Shown piece after piece: positions 10,286 to 20,782 of a DNA stretch of 64,000 bases. The stretch is from NCBI GenBank assembly GCA_965261595.1, contig CBDHDG010000006.1:1344001-1408000 (forward strand), written 5' to 3'. The stretch comes from a bacterium (lineage in GTDB: Bacteria > UBA8248 > JACPRG01 > G963555815). Position numbers and translations under genes: made by a program. Positions within the stretch are counted from its first letter, which is position 1, and the number at the start of each line of letters is the position of its first letter. A model generated the notes under the pieces. The model saw nothing but the letters and a program-made list of their open reading frames with translations. It did no database searches and was not told where the DNA came from.

Positions 10286-11212
10286 CTACGCCACCGCCTT
10301 GAACCGCTCTAAGCGAATCGCAAGCCGGTCCCGATCTGGCCGGTCCTTAACCCGGTTTGGCAGATGGAGGGCTTCGCCATTTAGCTGCTTGAGGGCTTCG
10401 AGCATCGGGCCGTCGTTCTGGTCGAGCAATCGGTCCGAGACATGCAATCGATAGTCGGGATCGATGCCGATCAAATGGGCATCGAAGGCGGCATGATGGC
10501 TTTTAGAGAGCGGCAGGCCGTTCGGGACGATAGGCTGTCCCAGCCTTTCATTCTTGTCGGAAATGATATGCGCTGCGTCGAGCAGCCGCTGTTCGGGCAA
10601 TCCGGACAAGGCGCAACGCCCGTCATAGGCCGCAATAACGGCTTCGCGGAATGACGCCTGATGAAGCCGCTGCTTTACCGAACGCAACGCATATCGCCGT
10701 TCCAGAGCGTTTTCCGGCGGGACCAATACATCTTGCTCCGGCACGCCGAACGCGACACACGCCTTCAGGGCATTGGCGTCCCATCCTGAAATGAATGCCG
10801 GGAGCATAGCCTGGTAGCGGCCAGGCGCGATGCCGAGAAAATAAACTACCGGTATCCCGTTCTCAAATGCCTCGCGCAGCCAGCGATTGTCCGCTGCCTC
10901 CGGATTCCGCCCCATGAAGGCATAATCCACCGTCTCGTCGCCCTCAAAGATCTGGCGGTGTACGTCTCGCTGATCGTCGTACCAGACCCGCGCGCCGGGT
11001 CGCGGAAATACGGTCTTGATGGAGAGCAGATACCGCATCTGTCGCGGCTTGAAGATTCCCCGCTGGGGATTGACGAGCGGGATGCGCTCGCCTTCGAAAA
11101 CAAACCCCGGTTTAAATTCGTCGGCGGTCAAATGGTCATGCACCTCACCCAGCCTTCGAACATGCTCGAAAGCCGCCATCCGCATCAGGGTGTCCCGTTC
11201 GTTGTCGCTCAT
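10286..11212 (-). CDS. HNH restriction-type endonuclease with SRA-like N-terminal domain
   Basis: FREAVIAAYDGRCALSG, LDAAHI, NGLPLSKSHHAAFD; N-terminal YDDQ...Y.FMG...DNRWLREA. Confidence 0.85.
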   Translation of the reverse strand: MSDNERDTLMRMAAFEHVRRLGEVHDHLTADEFKPGFVFEGERIPLVNPQRGIFKPRQMRYLLSIKTVFPRPGARVWYDDQRDVHRQIFEGDETVDYAFMGRNPEAADNRWLREAFENGIPVVYFLGIAPGRYQAMLPAFISGWDANALKACVAFGVPEQDVLVPPENALERRYALRSVKQRLHQASFREAVIAAYDGRCALSGLPEQRLLDAAHIISDKNERLGQPIVPNGLPLSKSHHAAFDAHLIGIDPDYRLHVSDRLLDQNDGPMLEALKQLNGEALHLPNRVKDRPDRDRLAIRLERFKAVA

Positions 11213-11388
11213 CGAGACATCCCTCACCCCCTGAAACAATGCTCATTGTGCCAGGTCAGCACCTTGTTGCATGGATCATCGCGACGAAGTCTTATCATTG
11301 GCTTCATTCACCGCTGGGGCCAGTTTAACTGCCACATAAGTTCAACGCCGCCCGACGGCGCAAGTTTGATAAGGCGCGGTACCGGGTG

Positions 11389-11470
11389 ATCAGCATCGGT
11401 AGTCCCGCGTCCAATACTGAATCGAATCGACGATTCAGCTTCATCGCTTGAAAGCCCGGTGGCTCTTAGA
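11389..11470 (-). pseudogene. Cysteine desulfurase (IscS/DndA-like) C-terminal remnant
   Basis: LRATGLSSDEAESSIRFSIGRGTTDAD; truncated by the IS1380 end. Confidence 0.7.
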
Positions 11471-13150
11471 CCGGAATTTCCCATATCCAATCCGGACAGG
11501 CCTGTACCGACCCCTCGTTGCTGTTTAAGTCAATTAGACCCCTCTCTCCCGGACCTGTCCATCCCATTTCAGGTGCCTGAAACCCTAATCGGAGCGTTAT
11601 CCACCATTGAAAATCATGCCACCCCTCCGGGTAGGCGAGCCTTCCCAGCAGGTCATCTGGAAGGGACAGAACATTCACCATTTTGTCCTCGGGTGGACTG
11701 CGCTGAGAGCGGTTAGACAGGTACGGGCCGCAATCGGTTGATCCGGTCCAGGATGAGAGCGAACACCTCCCTGGATACGGCTACCTCGGCCAACTGAAAG
11801 ATGATGTGCCGGACATGGCGCACAATCCGGCCGCCCATTTTGATGCGCTTGACCTGGAGGCTTCGCAGCGACCAGTGCTTGAGCTCCCTAGGCAAGGCTA
11901 GCCTCCGCAGGAAATTGCCCAGGTTGTACCCCAGGACGAAGAGAAGGAGCCGCACCTGGTTGCACACGAACCGGTGACAGGAAAGGCGTGTCCAGTTCAG
12001 GGCCTACTTGCCTTCCTTGATCCATGGCTCGGCTGTGCCTCGCTGGTTGTAGAAGTGCACGACCCCCTCGGGTCGAGCCGTCAGGTTCGTGACAATGAAT
12101 CCGACGCGAGGGAAGCGTTCGCCTGAGTGCCATTCCACCTTCGCCACCACCCCTCGGGGGTGGTCCCAGCTTCCAGCCTGATACAGGAAGTCGTGATAGA
12201 AGATGATGGGTCTCTTGGGCGGGCGACCGACCGGGCGAGTCAGCAGGAAGTCGATCCGTGGGTAGAGCACTTCGTTCGCAGGGAGCCGGATGGCGTAGAG
12301 GAAGCCACGCTCTTCCAAGTACTCATAGACCTCGGGGCTCGTAAAGGCGGCATCGGCCCGAAAGGAACGGCGAACATCAGCGTGCTCATAGCGGGCCGTG
12401 ATGGGCTCCAACAACTTTCGCCACCCATCGGCGCTGTGAACGTTGCCCGGACGCAACTCCGCCCCCTCGCAGTCCCCAAACTGGTTGAAGCAGAATAAGG
12501 GATGGTAGCAGAGGGAACCGAAGTGACCGTTATAGGCAGTCCCTTCCTGCTGTCCGTGCACCCGGCTTTCCGAGCTATCCATGTCCAGGATGACCCGCTG
12601 ATGCGGCGTGCGGCTCATGGCCCGCTCTACCCATTCCGCGTTCAGTTGCCTCAGCCTACTCAGGTTCTCCTCGTTGCAGAGAACTTCAGTCTCGAACCGG
12701 CTCCATGTGTTGGTACTGGCCGCCTGCTTCTCAAGTGCCCGCCGGCCAACTACGGCTTGCATAGCAGGGTCTCTCGCCAATCGCTCGGCATCGTTGGTGT
12801 CCTCGTACCCGGCCAGGCGACTATAGACTGACTGGCGCAATAGCGGCACCAACTCATGCTGGACGTTCCGGCCATGACGGATCTCTTGCAAGTGGGCTGG
12901 CGCTCTCACCGTCAAACCCAGCGCATCATCCAACTCCCGGCAGGCCAGCAATCCTGCATCTGAAGTGATTCTGGCTCCGTGAAAGTCAAGCCTCAGCCTA
13001 CGGTTAAAATGGACCCTCAATGCCGCCTTTTTCGCTTCACCCATAGGGTTCCCCCGCGAGAACGTGGCAGGGGGAAGCCAATACGCTGATTTTACATGAG
13101 AAAGCGCCTTTCGGTCTGTCGAATCTTATGACACAAATGGGAAATGCGGG
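11471..13150 (-). mobile_element. IS1380-family insertion sequence
   Basis: Imperfect terminal inverted repeats CCGGAATTTCCCATAT / CCCGCATTTCCCATTT flank the transposase. Confidence 0.85.
11713..13044 (-). pseudogene. IS1380 transposase with in-frame TAG at ~12004
   Basis: ITSDAGLL, LDMDSS, RADAAF, YNQRGTAE.WIKEGK*ALNWTRLSC. Confidence 0.9.
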
Positions 13151-14239
13151 ATGAGACACCGGGGCCGTTTTTTTGAATGTCTCCAGGACCTGGGCGGGCG
13201 TCAGGTAGTCCAGGGCCCAGTGGGGTCGAATGTGGTTATAGACTTGCTCCCACTCGCGAAGGCGGACGTTGAGCGAGGCCACCGTCCAGGGGAGTTCGTA
13301 CACCTCGTAGAACTCCTCCGTATGGGTCCTGTTGGCCCGCTCCACACGGCCGTTGAACTTGGGCGAGCGGGGCGGCAGCTCAAAGAGCAAAATCTCCCGC
13401 TCCGCGCACGCCGCCTCGAACACCGCCCGGAACTCCGAGCCTCCGTCTACCTGAATCGCCCGCAGCGGGAACGGAGCGCGCGCCTGAAGGGTGTCCAAAA
13501 ACCGCCGGGCGTAAAGGGCCGTGGCGCACGAGAAGACCTCCATCACGTCCCAGCGCGAGACCATGTCCCGGGCGGTGAATTGCTTCAACCTCACCCCGGC
13601 AAGGGGGGAAAGCTCGAGGGTGTCCACCTGGACCAGGTCTCCGGGACAATCGGACACATAGCCCTTGGGCTTGCGCGTGGCGTAAGGCCGCCGCGCCCGA
13701 CGCCGCTTCGCGCTCACCACCTTGCCCCTCGGCTCGACCAGCAGTCGCCGGCGCTTGAGATCGGCCAGGATGCGGCCCACCGTCGAGACCGAGGTCACCA
13801 ACCCCTCGCGTTGAAGCAGGACCGCCAGCTTGGCCTCTCCCCACCGGGGGTACTGCTCCCGAAGCTGCAAGACCGCCTTCACCAGCTCTGGCGACCACGT
13901 GGGCTGCCTCACCCGGCGCGGCCGGCGCGGCCGGCGCGTGCGCTCCTGCAGGGTCGGCAGGTCTCGGGGGTCAAACCGCTTCCGCCAGCGGTACAGCGTG
14001 GCCCGGCTCAGACCAAATGTGCTGCAAACCAATTTCGCATTCCCGCTCTCCCGCCAAAGGCTCAGGGCGCGAAGACGAGCCCGGCCCTCGGGGGACAACT
14101 CCACCGCCCCGTAGCCTCCTGCGCGCAGGGAGGCTACGGGGCCACCCAAACACTTGCATCCAGGGACCTCCTCTCTCGTGGCCCCTGGCACTCTACTCCC
14201 TAACCAAGGAGATGTCTCACATCTATCTGAACCTATACA
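13151..14239 (-). mobile_element. IS481-family element (copy 2), right inverted repeat interrupted by IS1380
   Basis: Left end TGTATAGGTTCAGA at 14239; transposase ORF 13037-14191 reads into IS1380 sequence. Confidence 0.9.
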
Positions 14240-14433
14240 CTGTCGGCCAGATCGTGCCTCCTATCGGTTCTCAAGCCGCCCGCGATGGCATCACCAAGGC
14301 TTATGGAGAACTGGATCGTTGGATGGGCGCACAAGGCCGTCTCTTCGTCTTTACGGCGGGCTTTTGATCGCCGGGCTAAAGGAGATTTGAGGAACGACGG
14401 TGAAAGCCGGAGGGATCGGGACAGGCCGCCTTA

Positions 14434-14661
14434 TCACACCGGCCGCGCGTCCGGCAGGTACTTTTCCAGGCCGATGCGGATGGCGTCCACCGGACAGACG
14501 TCCTCACAATTCAGGCAGACGATGCAGGGGGCCTCTTCCAGGACCAGGAGCCGTTTTTCCTTCTGGGCGAATCCCAGACAGTCCACCGGGCAAGCTAGCA
14601 CGCACAGGGCGCAATCCACGCAGCTCGGAAGGACGCTGATCCGGACGGATTTAATCGGCAT
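14434..14661 (-). CDS. 2x[4Fe-4S] ferredoxin (AprB-like small subunit)
   Basis: CVDCALCVLACP and CIVCLNCEDVCP. Confidence 0.95.
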   Translation of the reverse strand: MPIKSVRISVLPSCVDCALCVLACPVDCLGFAQKEKRLLVLEEAPCIVCLNCEDVCPVDAIRIGLEKYLPDARPV

Positions 14662-16423
14662 GGGCGCTCCGAATCGGCACGGGAAGGGAGACCCGGGTGA
14701 CGTCTACCTCTCTTTTGAAAGGCTCTTGACCCCGGAGGATGACGTCGTGGCAGATCCAGTTTTCCTGGTCGGTATTCGGATAATCCGTTCGAAAATGGCA
14801 TCCTCGGCTCTCCGTTCGAAAACAGGCCGAGCGGACGACCACCTCGCCCACTTCAACCAGTGTCTCGGCCTCCAACGCGGCTTTGACCTCGAACGGCGTC
14901 CGGGCGTGTAAACTCGGAAGGCGATCGCGCTTGATCGCTTGCAAATCCTCAAGGGAAGCCTCCAGGCGTTCTCCGGACCGGAGCGGCCCGGCGTTCTCCC
15001 ACATGGTTCTCTGAAGTTCCGAGCGGATCCCGGCGGGATCGCCCTCTTCGCTTGGCGGCCGGTCCCACCCCCGGATATTCGCCAGACGCTCTTGCACGGC
15101 TTCCCTGTCCCAGTCCGCATCGGACACGAGGAGAGGGTTGTCGCGGGCGCGTTCGGCGGCGGCCCTTCCCGCCCGCGATCCGAAGACCAGGCAGTCCGAG
15201 AAGGCGTTCCCCCCCCTGCGGCGGGCGCCGTGGACGGGCGCGGCCGATTCACCGGCGGCGTAGAGTCCCGGCAGATTGGTCTCGCACCACGGTTTGATCC
15301 CGATCCCCCCCAGGTGAGTGATGGCCCCGGGAGAGATCCGGAGCGTACGGTTCTTCCAGTCGAACCCCCTCAACAGGCAGCGCAGGTCGTATCTGCCTGG
15401 AAGGTCGGATTCCCAAAGCTCTTCGGGAACACCCCGAAGATCGAGCCAGATGGAGTCCCCGTCGCCCCTCCCTTCAAAGATTTCGATGGCAATGGCCCGG
15501 GAGATGATCTCGCGCACGTCGGTGGAGAGCTCCCCATATCGCTTCTGGAAATGGACGGTGGGCTCCCCCGTTGGAGTCAGAGCACTATCGAGAAACGCCT
15601 CGCCTTTCCCGTTCCGATAGACGGCGTGAAGCCTGGCGGTGCAGGGAAGCAGATACCACATCGGCAGTCCGGGCTCCATCATGGTGTGAGGAGAGAACAT
15701 GGCGAAGGACATATCCACCAACTCTGCCCCGGCCCGGTAGGCGGCGGCGTACCCGTCTCCCGTCGTGACATTGGTGGTGTAGTTGATCCGGTAAAGCTCG
15801 CCCGCGCCTCCGGTCGCCAGGATGGTCGAAGCGGCCCGGCAGACGATGAAATCCCCCTGGTAGATGCGATAGAGCAGCGCGCCCGCCACCCCGTCTTCGC
15901 CTGTCAGGAGGTCGACCAGGACGCAACCTGGCATCATATGGACGCCCAGGCGCTTGCATTCTTCGGCCATCCCTCGGGTGACAACCTGTCCGCCCCGGGA
16001 AGGGTTTGCGTCAACTTTCGTCGATCCGTCGGCCAGCTCGATGGACTCGGGAAGACCGTACGTGCACAAGGCCTCGTAGTGGGGGATGTTGAATTCCTGG
16101 AGCTCGAGGATCCGCCCGGGCGCTTCCAGGGCCATGATCTCCACCAGGGTCTGGTCTGCCAGATACTCCCCGTATTCCACGGTGTCCCGGAAGTGCTCGT
16201 CCGGTGTGTCGTATTGCTTTTCGACGCTCGTATCCAGATTCGGGAGCGCCGCCTTGAAGCCTCCCCCTGCCAGGGCCGTGTTGTTGTTGACGCCGATGAG
16301 GGCCTTGTCGATGAGAAGGACTTTTTGCCCGAACCGGCGGGCCTCGATGGCCGCCCGCAGGCCGGCCAGCCCGGTCCCGATGATCAGGACGTCCGTCTCG
16401 CGTTGAACCCAGGTTTTCTTCAT
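14651..16423 (-). CDS. FAD-dependent oxidoreductase, SdhA/FrdA/NadB/AprA family
   Basis: IIGTGLAGL, LATGG, TGDG, GLYAAGE, RTESRGCHFRTDYP. Confidence 0.9.
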   Translation of the reverse strand: MKKTWVQRETDVLIIGTGLAGLRAAIEARRFGQKVLLIDKALIGVNNNTALAGGGFKAALPNLDTSVEKQYDTPDEHFRDTVEYGEYLADQTLVEIMALEAPGRILELQEFNIPHYEALCTYGLPESIELADGSTKVDANPSRGGQVVTRGMAEECKRLGVHMMPGCVLVDLLTGEDGVAGALLYRIYQGDFIVCRAASTILATGGAGELYRINYTTNVTTGDGYAAAYRAGAELVDMSFAMFSPHTMMEPGLPMWYLLPCTARLHAVYRNGKGEAFLDSALTPTGEPTVHFQKRYGELSTDVREIISRAIAIEIFEGRGDGDSIWLDLRGVPEELWESDLPGRYDLRCLLRGFDWKNRTLRISPGAITHLGGIGIKPWCETNLPGLYAAGESAAPVHGARRRGGNAFSDCLVFGSRAGRAAAERARDNPLLVSDADWDREAVQERLANIRGWDRPPSEEGDPAGIRSELQRTMWENAGPLRSGERLEASLEDLQAIKRDRLPSLHARTPFEVKAALEAETLVEVGEVVVRSACFRTESRGCHFRTDYPNTDQENWICHDVILRGQEPFKREVDVTRVSLPVPIRSAHAD

Positions 16424-16540
16424 GCCTTTATCAAGCCTTTGTCATGCCGGGTGATTCGTGAGTGCATTATTTGGAGTTTGCAGCGGGAGGCGCTTTTTGA
16501 AAGGCGCCCCCCCGCACCCCTCAGAACACATGTCAAGCAT

Positions 16541-17125
16541 TCATTCCTCCCGTGAATGGCTCTCCTTCAGGGCTCGCTGGAACCGGTAGCGGCATTCGAG
16601 CTTGTCCTCGATCATCGAGGGAACGGGGTCGCCGGTGGTGACCTTGAGATCGACCAGAACATGACTTGTCGTTCCGAGCAGTCCGGGAAGCACCTCCTTC
16701 CACGCCTGGAGGTCGGCTACTTCGCGCGTATCGCCGATTCCGGCTTCCCGAGCGATGGCATCGAACCGAATATTTTCGGGCCCGGGAAGCGGGAACCCCC
16801 CGGATGATTCGTAAGTCCCGTTGTTGAACACCAAATGGAGGAGATTCGATGGATTCTGTTGCCCCGCCGTCGCCAGCGATCCCAGATTCATCAGGAGTGC
16901 GCCGTCTCCATCCAGGACAATCACCTTGCGGTCCGGATTTGACAGGCTGAGTCCCAGGCCGATGGAAGAGGCGAGGCCCATGCCTCCGGAGTAGTAATTC
17001 AGATCGCGGGGCCGCAGATGATGCCACTCGTCGATCAGCCCTCCCACGGTGGCGACCACCAATTCGTCGGTCACGCGCTCGGCCAGGGCTGCCAGGCAAT
17101 CCGTTCGTTTCATCCCGCGACTCAT
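16541..17125 (-). CDS. Sulfopyruvate/phosphonopyruvate decarboxylase-like beta subunit (ThDP-binding)
   Basis: GGMGLASSIGLG, DGDGALLMN...NNGTYESSG ThDP motif; ComE-like. Confidence 0.85.
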   Translation of the reverse strand: MSRGMKRTDCLAALAERVTDELVVATVGGLIDEWHHLRPRDLNYYSGGMGLASSIGLGLSLSNPDRKVIVLDGDGALLMNLGSLATAGQQNPSNLLHLVFNNGTYESSGGFPLPGPENIRFDAIAREAGIGDTREVADLQAWKEVLPGLLGTTSHVLVDLKVTTGDPVPSMIEDKLECRYRFQRALKESHSREE

Positions 17126-17631
17126 TCGATCAGCGCTTCCTGCCCCAGCAGCACGGCCACGGGCTGTTTGCCGAGCATCGCCCGCTCCCGGGCCGTCTCG
17201 ATGCGGTCCGCCTCTCCCGGCCGGTACACCTCGTATATCGGGATCCGCAGGGCTTCCAGGACCGGGCGGGTGACCTCTCCCTCCAGCAGATGGTAGTCGC
17301 GGTTGTCCGCAAGCCCGGGTCCCCCCCGGTAACTGACCAGCATCAGAAGGGGAATCCGGTGCTTCAGGGGCAGGGTTGCCAGCGCGTTGGCCGAGGCCAG
17401 AAAGCCCGTATTCTGAATCAACAGGGCTGCGCCCTCGCCCCCGAGTTCCAACCCCGCGCAAACCCCGATGCCTTCATCTTCTCTGGCAACGGGAACATCG
17501 ATGAATTCGGGGTCCTCCTTCAAGAGTCGCAAAAGCGGGACGAGCCATGTTTCCGGCAGGCCCACGATGTATTTGACCCCCGCTTTCCGCAAGGATTCGG
17601 CAATGCGGGCGGGGCCGGATTGCCGAATCAT
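17122..17631 (-). CDS. Sulfopyruvate decarboxylase-like alpha subunit
   Basis: VAREDEGIGVCAG, IQNTG, VSYRG; ComD-like. Confidence 0.85.
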   Translation of the reverse strand: MIRQSGPARIAESLRKAGVKYIVGLPETWLVPLLRLLKEDPEFIDVPVAREDEGIGVCAGLELGGEGAALLIQNTGFLASANALATLPLKHRIPLLMLVSYRGGPGLADNRDYHLLEGEVTRPVLEALRIPIYEVYRPGEADRIETARERAMLGKQPVAVLLGQEALIE

Positions 17632-18464
17632 GGATTCCCGCCGCGCGCGGCTTGGGGCCTTCCGAAGAGGAGCGTTTTCCCGAGCTGGGGACGGCCGGCG
17701 GTTTGAGTGGTCTCGAGTTGTCCCCGAATGTGAGTGACGAGACGGCCGAACCGGACGTCCGTCTCGATGCCAATCTCCCGCGGCCGCGGCAAGTCCACGG
17801 TGACGACATCCCGAATCGTTCCCGGGCGGGCGGAAAACACCACCACCCGATCAGAAAGGAAGACCGCCTCGGAAATGCTGTGGGTCACGAAGAGGACGGT
17901 CTTCCCGCTTTGCATCCAGATGTCCTGGAGCTCCAGATGCATCTGCTCCCGGGTCAAGGCGTCCAACGCCCCGAACGGCTCGTCCATGAGAAGGAGCGGG
18001 GGGTCATGGATGAGGGCCCGGCAGATCGCGGTCCGTTGCTGCATGCCTCCGGAAAGCTGGTAGGGATACTTGTCCTCAAAGCCTTCCAGTCCCACCAAGT
18101 CCAGGAGCGCGCGGGCGCGGCGGGTGTAATCCCTCTTGTCGAGCTTCCGGACCTCGACCTGAAGCAGGATGTTTCGAAGGATCGTTCTCCAGCGGAGCAG
18201 GACCGGGTTTTGGAAGACAAACCCCACATCCTGGGTGGGCCCCCGGACGGACTGTCCCCGGATCCGCACCTCTCCCCCGGTCGGGTGCAGGAGTCCGGCG
18301 GTGATTTTCAACAGGGTGGTCTTCCCGCAGCCGCTCGGGCCGACGAAAGAGACAAACTCTCCGTCCAACGCCTGAAAGTCGATGTCCTTCAGGGCGCAGA
18401 GGGTCTCTCCCTCGTCTACATAGTCCATTCGCAATCCTGCGAACTCAATGGTTGAATCCATCAT
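17628..18464 (-). CDS. NitT/TauT-family ABC transporter ATP-binding protein
   Basis: GPSGCGKT, LSGGMQQR, LLMDEPFGALD. Confidence 0.95.
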   Translation of the reverse strand: MMDSTIEFAGLRMDYVDEGETLCALKDIDFQALDGEFVSFVGPSGCGKTTLLKITAGLLHPTGGEVRIRGQSVRGPTQDVGFVFQNPVLLRWRTILRNILLQVEVRKLDKRDYTRRARALLDLVGLEGFEDKYPYQLSGGMQQRTAICRALIHDPPLLLMDEPFGALDALTREQMHLELQDIWMQSGKTVLFVTHSISEAVFLSDRVVVFSARPGTIRDVVTVDLPRPREIGIETDVRFGRLVTHIRGQLETTQTAGRPQLGKTLLFGRPQAARGGNP

Positions 18465-18582
18465 CCCTTTTCCCGAGACTGCCCCAAACCGGCCTTCCCG
18501 GCTTTCAAGCGTTCAGAAAAAGATCTAGGGAGAGGAGGGATCGGCCCTCCTCTCCCTTCGCCCGATCGTGACCGGGCCGCCC

Positions 18583-19587
18583 TTAGGGAATAAAGGCGTT
18601 GCTGAAGTAGTTGTTGGGCGGCATGGTCTTCTTGATGAGCTTGTTCTTCTCGAGAACATTCTGGGTCCTGGCCCAGTCGGCATCGGCCTGCCAGCCCAGG
18701 GGCTTGCCTTTCGTGGCTTCACTCACCAGGAGATTGAAGGTCCACCGGAGCTCCTTGCCCAAGACCGCCCGCTTCTTGTGAGGAAAGCGCTCTTTCACAT
18801 AATCCGCGGACTCATCGGGATGGGCCTTGGAATACACGATCCCTTTTTTGACGGCCCGCAGGAAACGGCGGATGAGCCTGGGATTCCCTTTCTCGGTCGC
18901 GGTGTTGATGATAATGCCGTTGGCCACCACATTCATTCCCCAGTCGCCCAAATGCATCGCGCTCACCTTCGCCCCCTTCCCTTCCAGGCTGGGGACCTCG
19001 GTGACGCTGTAACCGATCATCCCGATCACCTTCCCGGCGAGCAGGGCGCGGGATTTTCCGGACCGTCCCAGCGCGGCCAGCCCGACCTGGCAGGGATTGA
19101 TGTTATTGGTCTTAAGGAATGCCGCGAAAAGCGCAGTTCCCGAGCCCTTTCCGCTTGTGCTCACCGTCTTCCCCAAGAGGTCTTTCGGAGATCTGACGTT
19201 CGACTTTTTCAATGACACGATGGCCAAGGGGCTTTTCTGCATGATCCCGAAGACGGATTTTACGGGGATTCCGCGGGTGACCCCTTGGAGGGTGCTCACG
19301 CCGGCGGCGAAGGCGAACGTATCGTTCTTCGCGCCCATGAGTTTGACCACCGTGCTTGATCCCGTGCCCTCTCCGATCTTCACGGACATTTCTTCGGCCT
19401 TGTAAAAGCCCTTTTTTTCTCCGATGAAGAAGACGGCATGGGTCCCGTAGATCTTCCAGTCCAGCCTCAGGGAAACGTCATCGGCCGCCACCGACGGTGC
19501 GACCCATCCGGTGGTGATCGCAAAGACCCCCGCGAGGAGCGAAAACCCCATTTTGAATAACCACTGCCGGCATGCTCTTGCTCTCAT
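18583..19587 (-). CDS. NMT1/THI5-like ABC substrate-binding protein
   Basis: Signal peptide, LRLDW...KGFYKAE, SPKDLLGKTV. Confidence 0.9.
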   Translation of the reverse strand: MRARACRQWLFKMGFSLLAGVFAITTGWVAPSVAADDVSLRLDWKIYGTHAVFFIGEKKGFYKAEEMSVKIGEGTGSSTVVKLMGAKNDTFAFAAGVSTLQGVTRGIPVKSVFGIMQKSPLAIVSLKKSNVRSPKDLLGKTVSTSGKGSGTALFAAFLKTNNINPCQVGLAALGRSGKSRALLAGKVIGMIGYSVTEVPSLEGKGAKVSAMHLGDWGMNVVANGIIINTATEKGNPRLIRRFLRAVKKGIVYSKAHPDESADYVKERFPHKKRAVLGKELRWTFNLLVSEATKGKPLGWQADADWARTQNVLEKNKLIKKTMPPNNYFSNAFIP

Positions 19588-19631
19588 CTTCTCTCCCTCC
19601 CGTTTGAAAACTTCCTTTTGGAAAACAACCC

Positions 19632-20495
19632 TCACGCAGTATTCTCCGCACCCTCTTTCGAGACACGGACCCCTTGCTGCTTCTCTCCCCGGACGACCAC
19701 ATGCCAGGGCAGCAGCCACTTCTCAAGCTGGATCACCACGAAAAACAGGCCCCCCCCCAGAATCATCAAGAGGATCAACGTGGAGAACAGAAGCTCGGTG
19801 TCGAGCTCGGTGTTCGCGTATTGCAGAAGATAACCGAGACCGCGATCGGAGCCGATGAATTCTCCTACGATGGCTCCGATGAGCGAGAGGGTCACGGCCA
19901 CTTTTAGGCCCCCGAAAAAATACGGGAGCGCGTTTGGAATCCGAATCTTGGAGAAAACCTGAAAATCACTTGGGGACATAATCCGGATCAGGTCCAATTC
20001 GTCGTTCTCGACCGATTTCAAGCCCAGGGCGGTCTGAATCACAATGGGGAAGAAGGCGATGATGAAGCTGATCAGAACTTTCGGGAGGATCCCCCACCCG
20101 AACCAGATAATGAGCAATGGACCGATGGCAATCTTGGGGAAACATTGCGAGAACACCAGAAGGGGCATGATGGCCCGTTCGAGGGTCTGGGACCAGACCA
20201 ACATCATGGCGAAAGGAACGCCGATCACGATGCTCAACGCCAATCCCCCAATGGTCGCGTTGACGGTCGCCACACTGTGGCGCATGAGCAGATGAATCTT
20301 CTCCACCAGGGTGATAAAGACCGATTCCGGAGGCGGCAGAATATAATCCGGGACCTTGAAGCCGTGGACGATGAGCGCCCAGAGACCGATCGCCACGATG
20401 ACGGCGGCCGCCGGGTACAGGACCCGGATGAAGGCGGGAGGTTGTACAGCCCGGATCTGGACCGGTTTTCCCCGGGCGGAGTCCTTTTCGTTCAC
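19632..20495 (-). CDS. NitT/TauT-family ABC permease
   Basis: LPPPESV, PKIAIGPLLIIWFGWG, IVGEFIGSDRGLG. Confidence 0.9.
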   Translation of the reverse strand: MNEKDSARGKPVQIRAVQPPAFIRVLYPAAAVIVAIGLWALIVHGFKVPDYILPPPESVFITLVEKIHLLMRHSVATVNATIGGLALSIVIGVPFAMMLVWSQTLERAIMPLLVFSQCFPKIAIGPLLIIWFGWGILPKVLISFIIAFFPIVIQTALGLKSVENDELDLIRIMSPSDFQVFSKIRIPNALPYFFGGLKVAVTLSLIGAIVGEFIGSDRGLGYLLQYANTELDTELLFSTLILLMILGGGLFFVVIQLEKWLLPWHVVVRGEKQQGVRVSKEGAENTA

Positions 20496-20782
20496 GGGTG
20501 GGCCTCCCCCGTCTCCAGATAGACGTGGAGACAATCCGGTTTGCAGACCTCTTCGCAGCTGTAGCAAAGGATGCAGGCATCGAGTCGCAGGATGTAGGCC
20601 ACCTTGACGTCGGTATCCAGCTCCAGGCAGTCCGTTGGGCAGGCCAATACGCAGAGGTCGCAGCCCGTGCACGCCTCCTTATCGATTTCGAGGGAAAGCC
20701 CCGGAGAGGGGATGAACGGAGGCGGCTCCCACGCCGACCGGTCCGGTTTTCGTTTGAGACTGGCGACACCTGTCGATCTCAT
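20492..20782 (-). CDS. 2x[4Fe-4S] ferredoxin
   Basis: CTGCDLCVLACP and CILCYSCEEVC. Confidence 0.9.
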   Translation of the reverse strand: MRSTGVASLKRKPDRSAWEPPPFIPSPGLSLEIDKEACTGCDLCVLACPTDCLELDTDVKVAYILRLDACILCYSCEEVCKPDCLHVYLETGEAHP

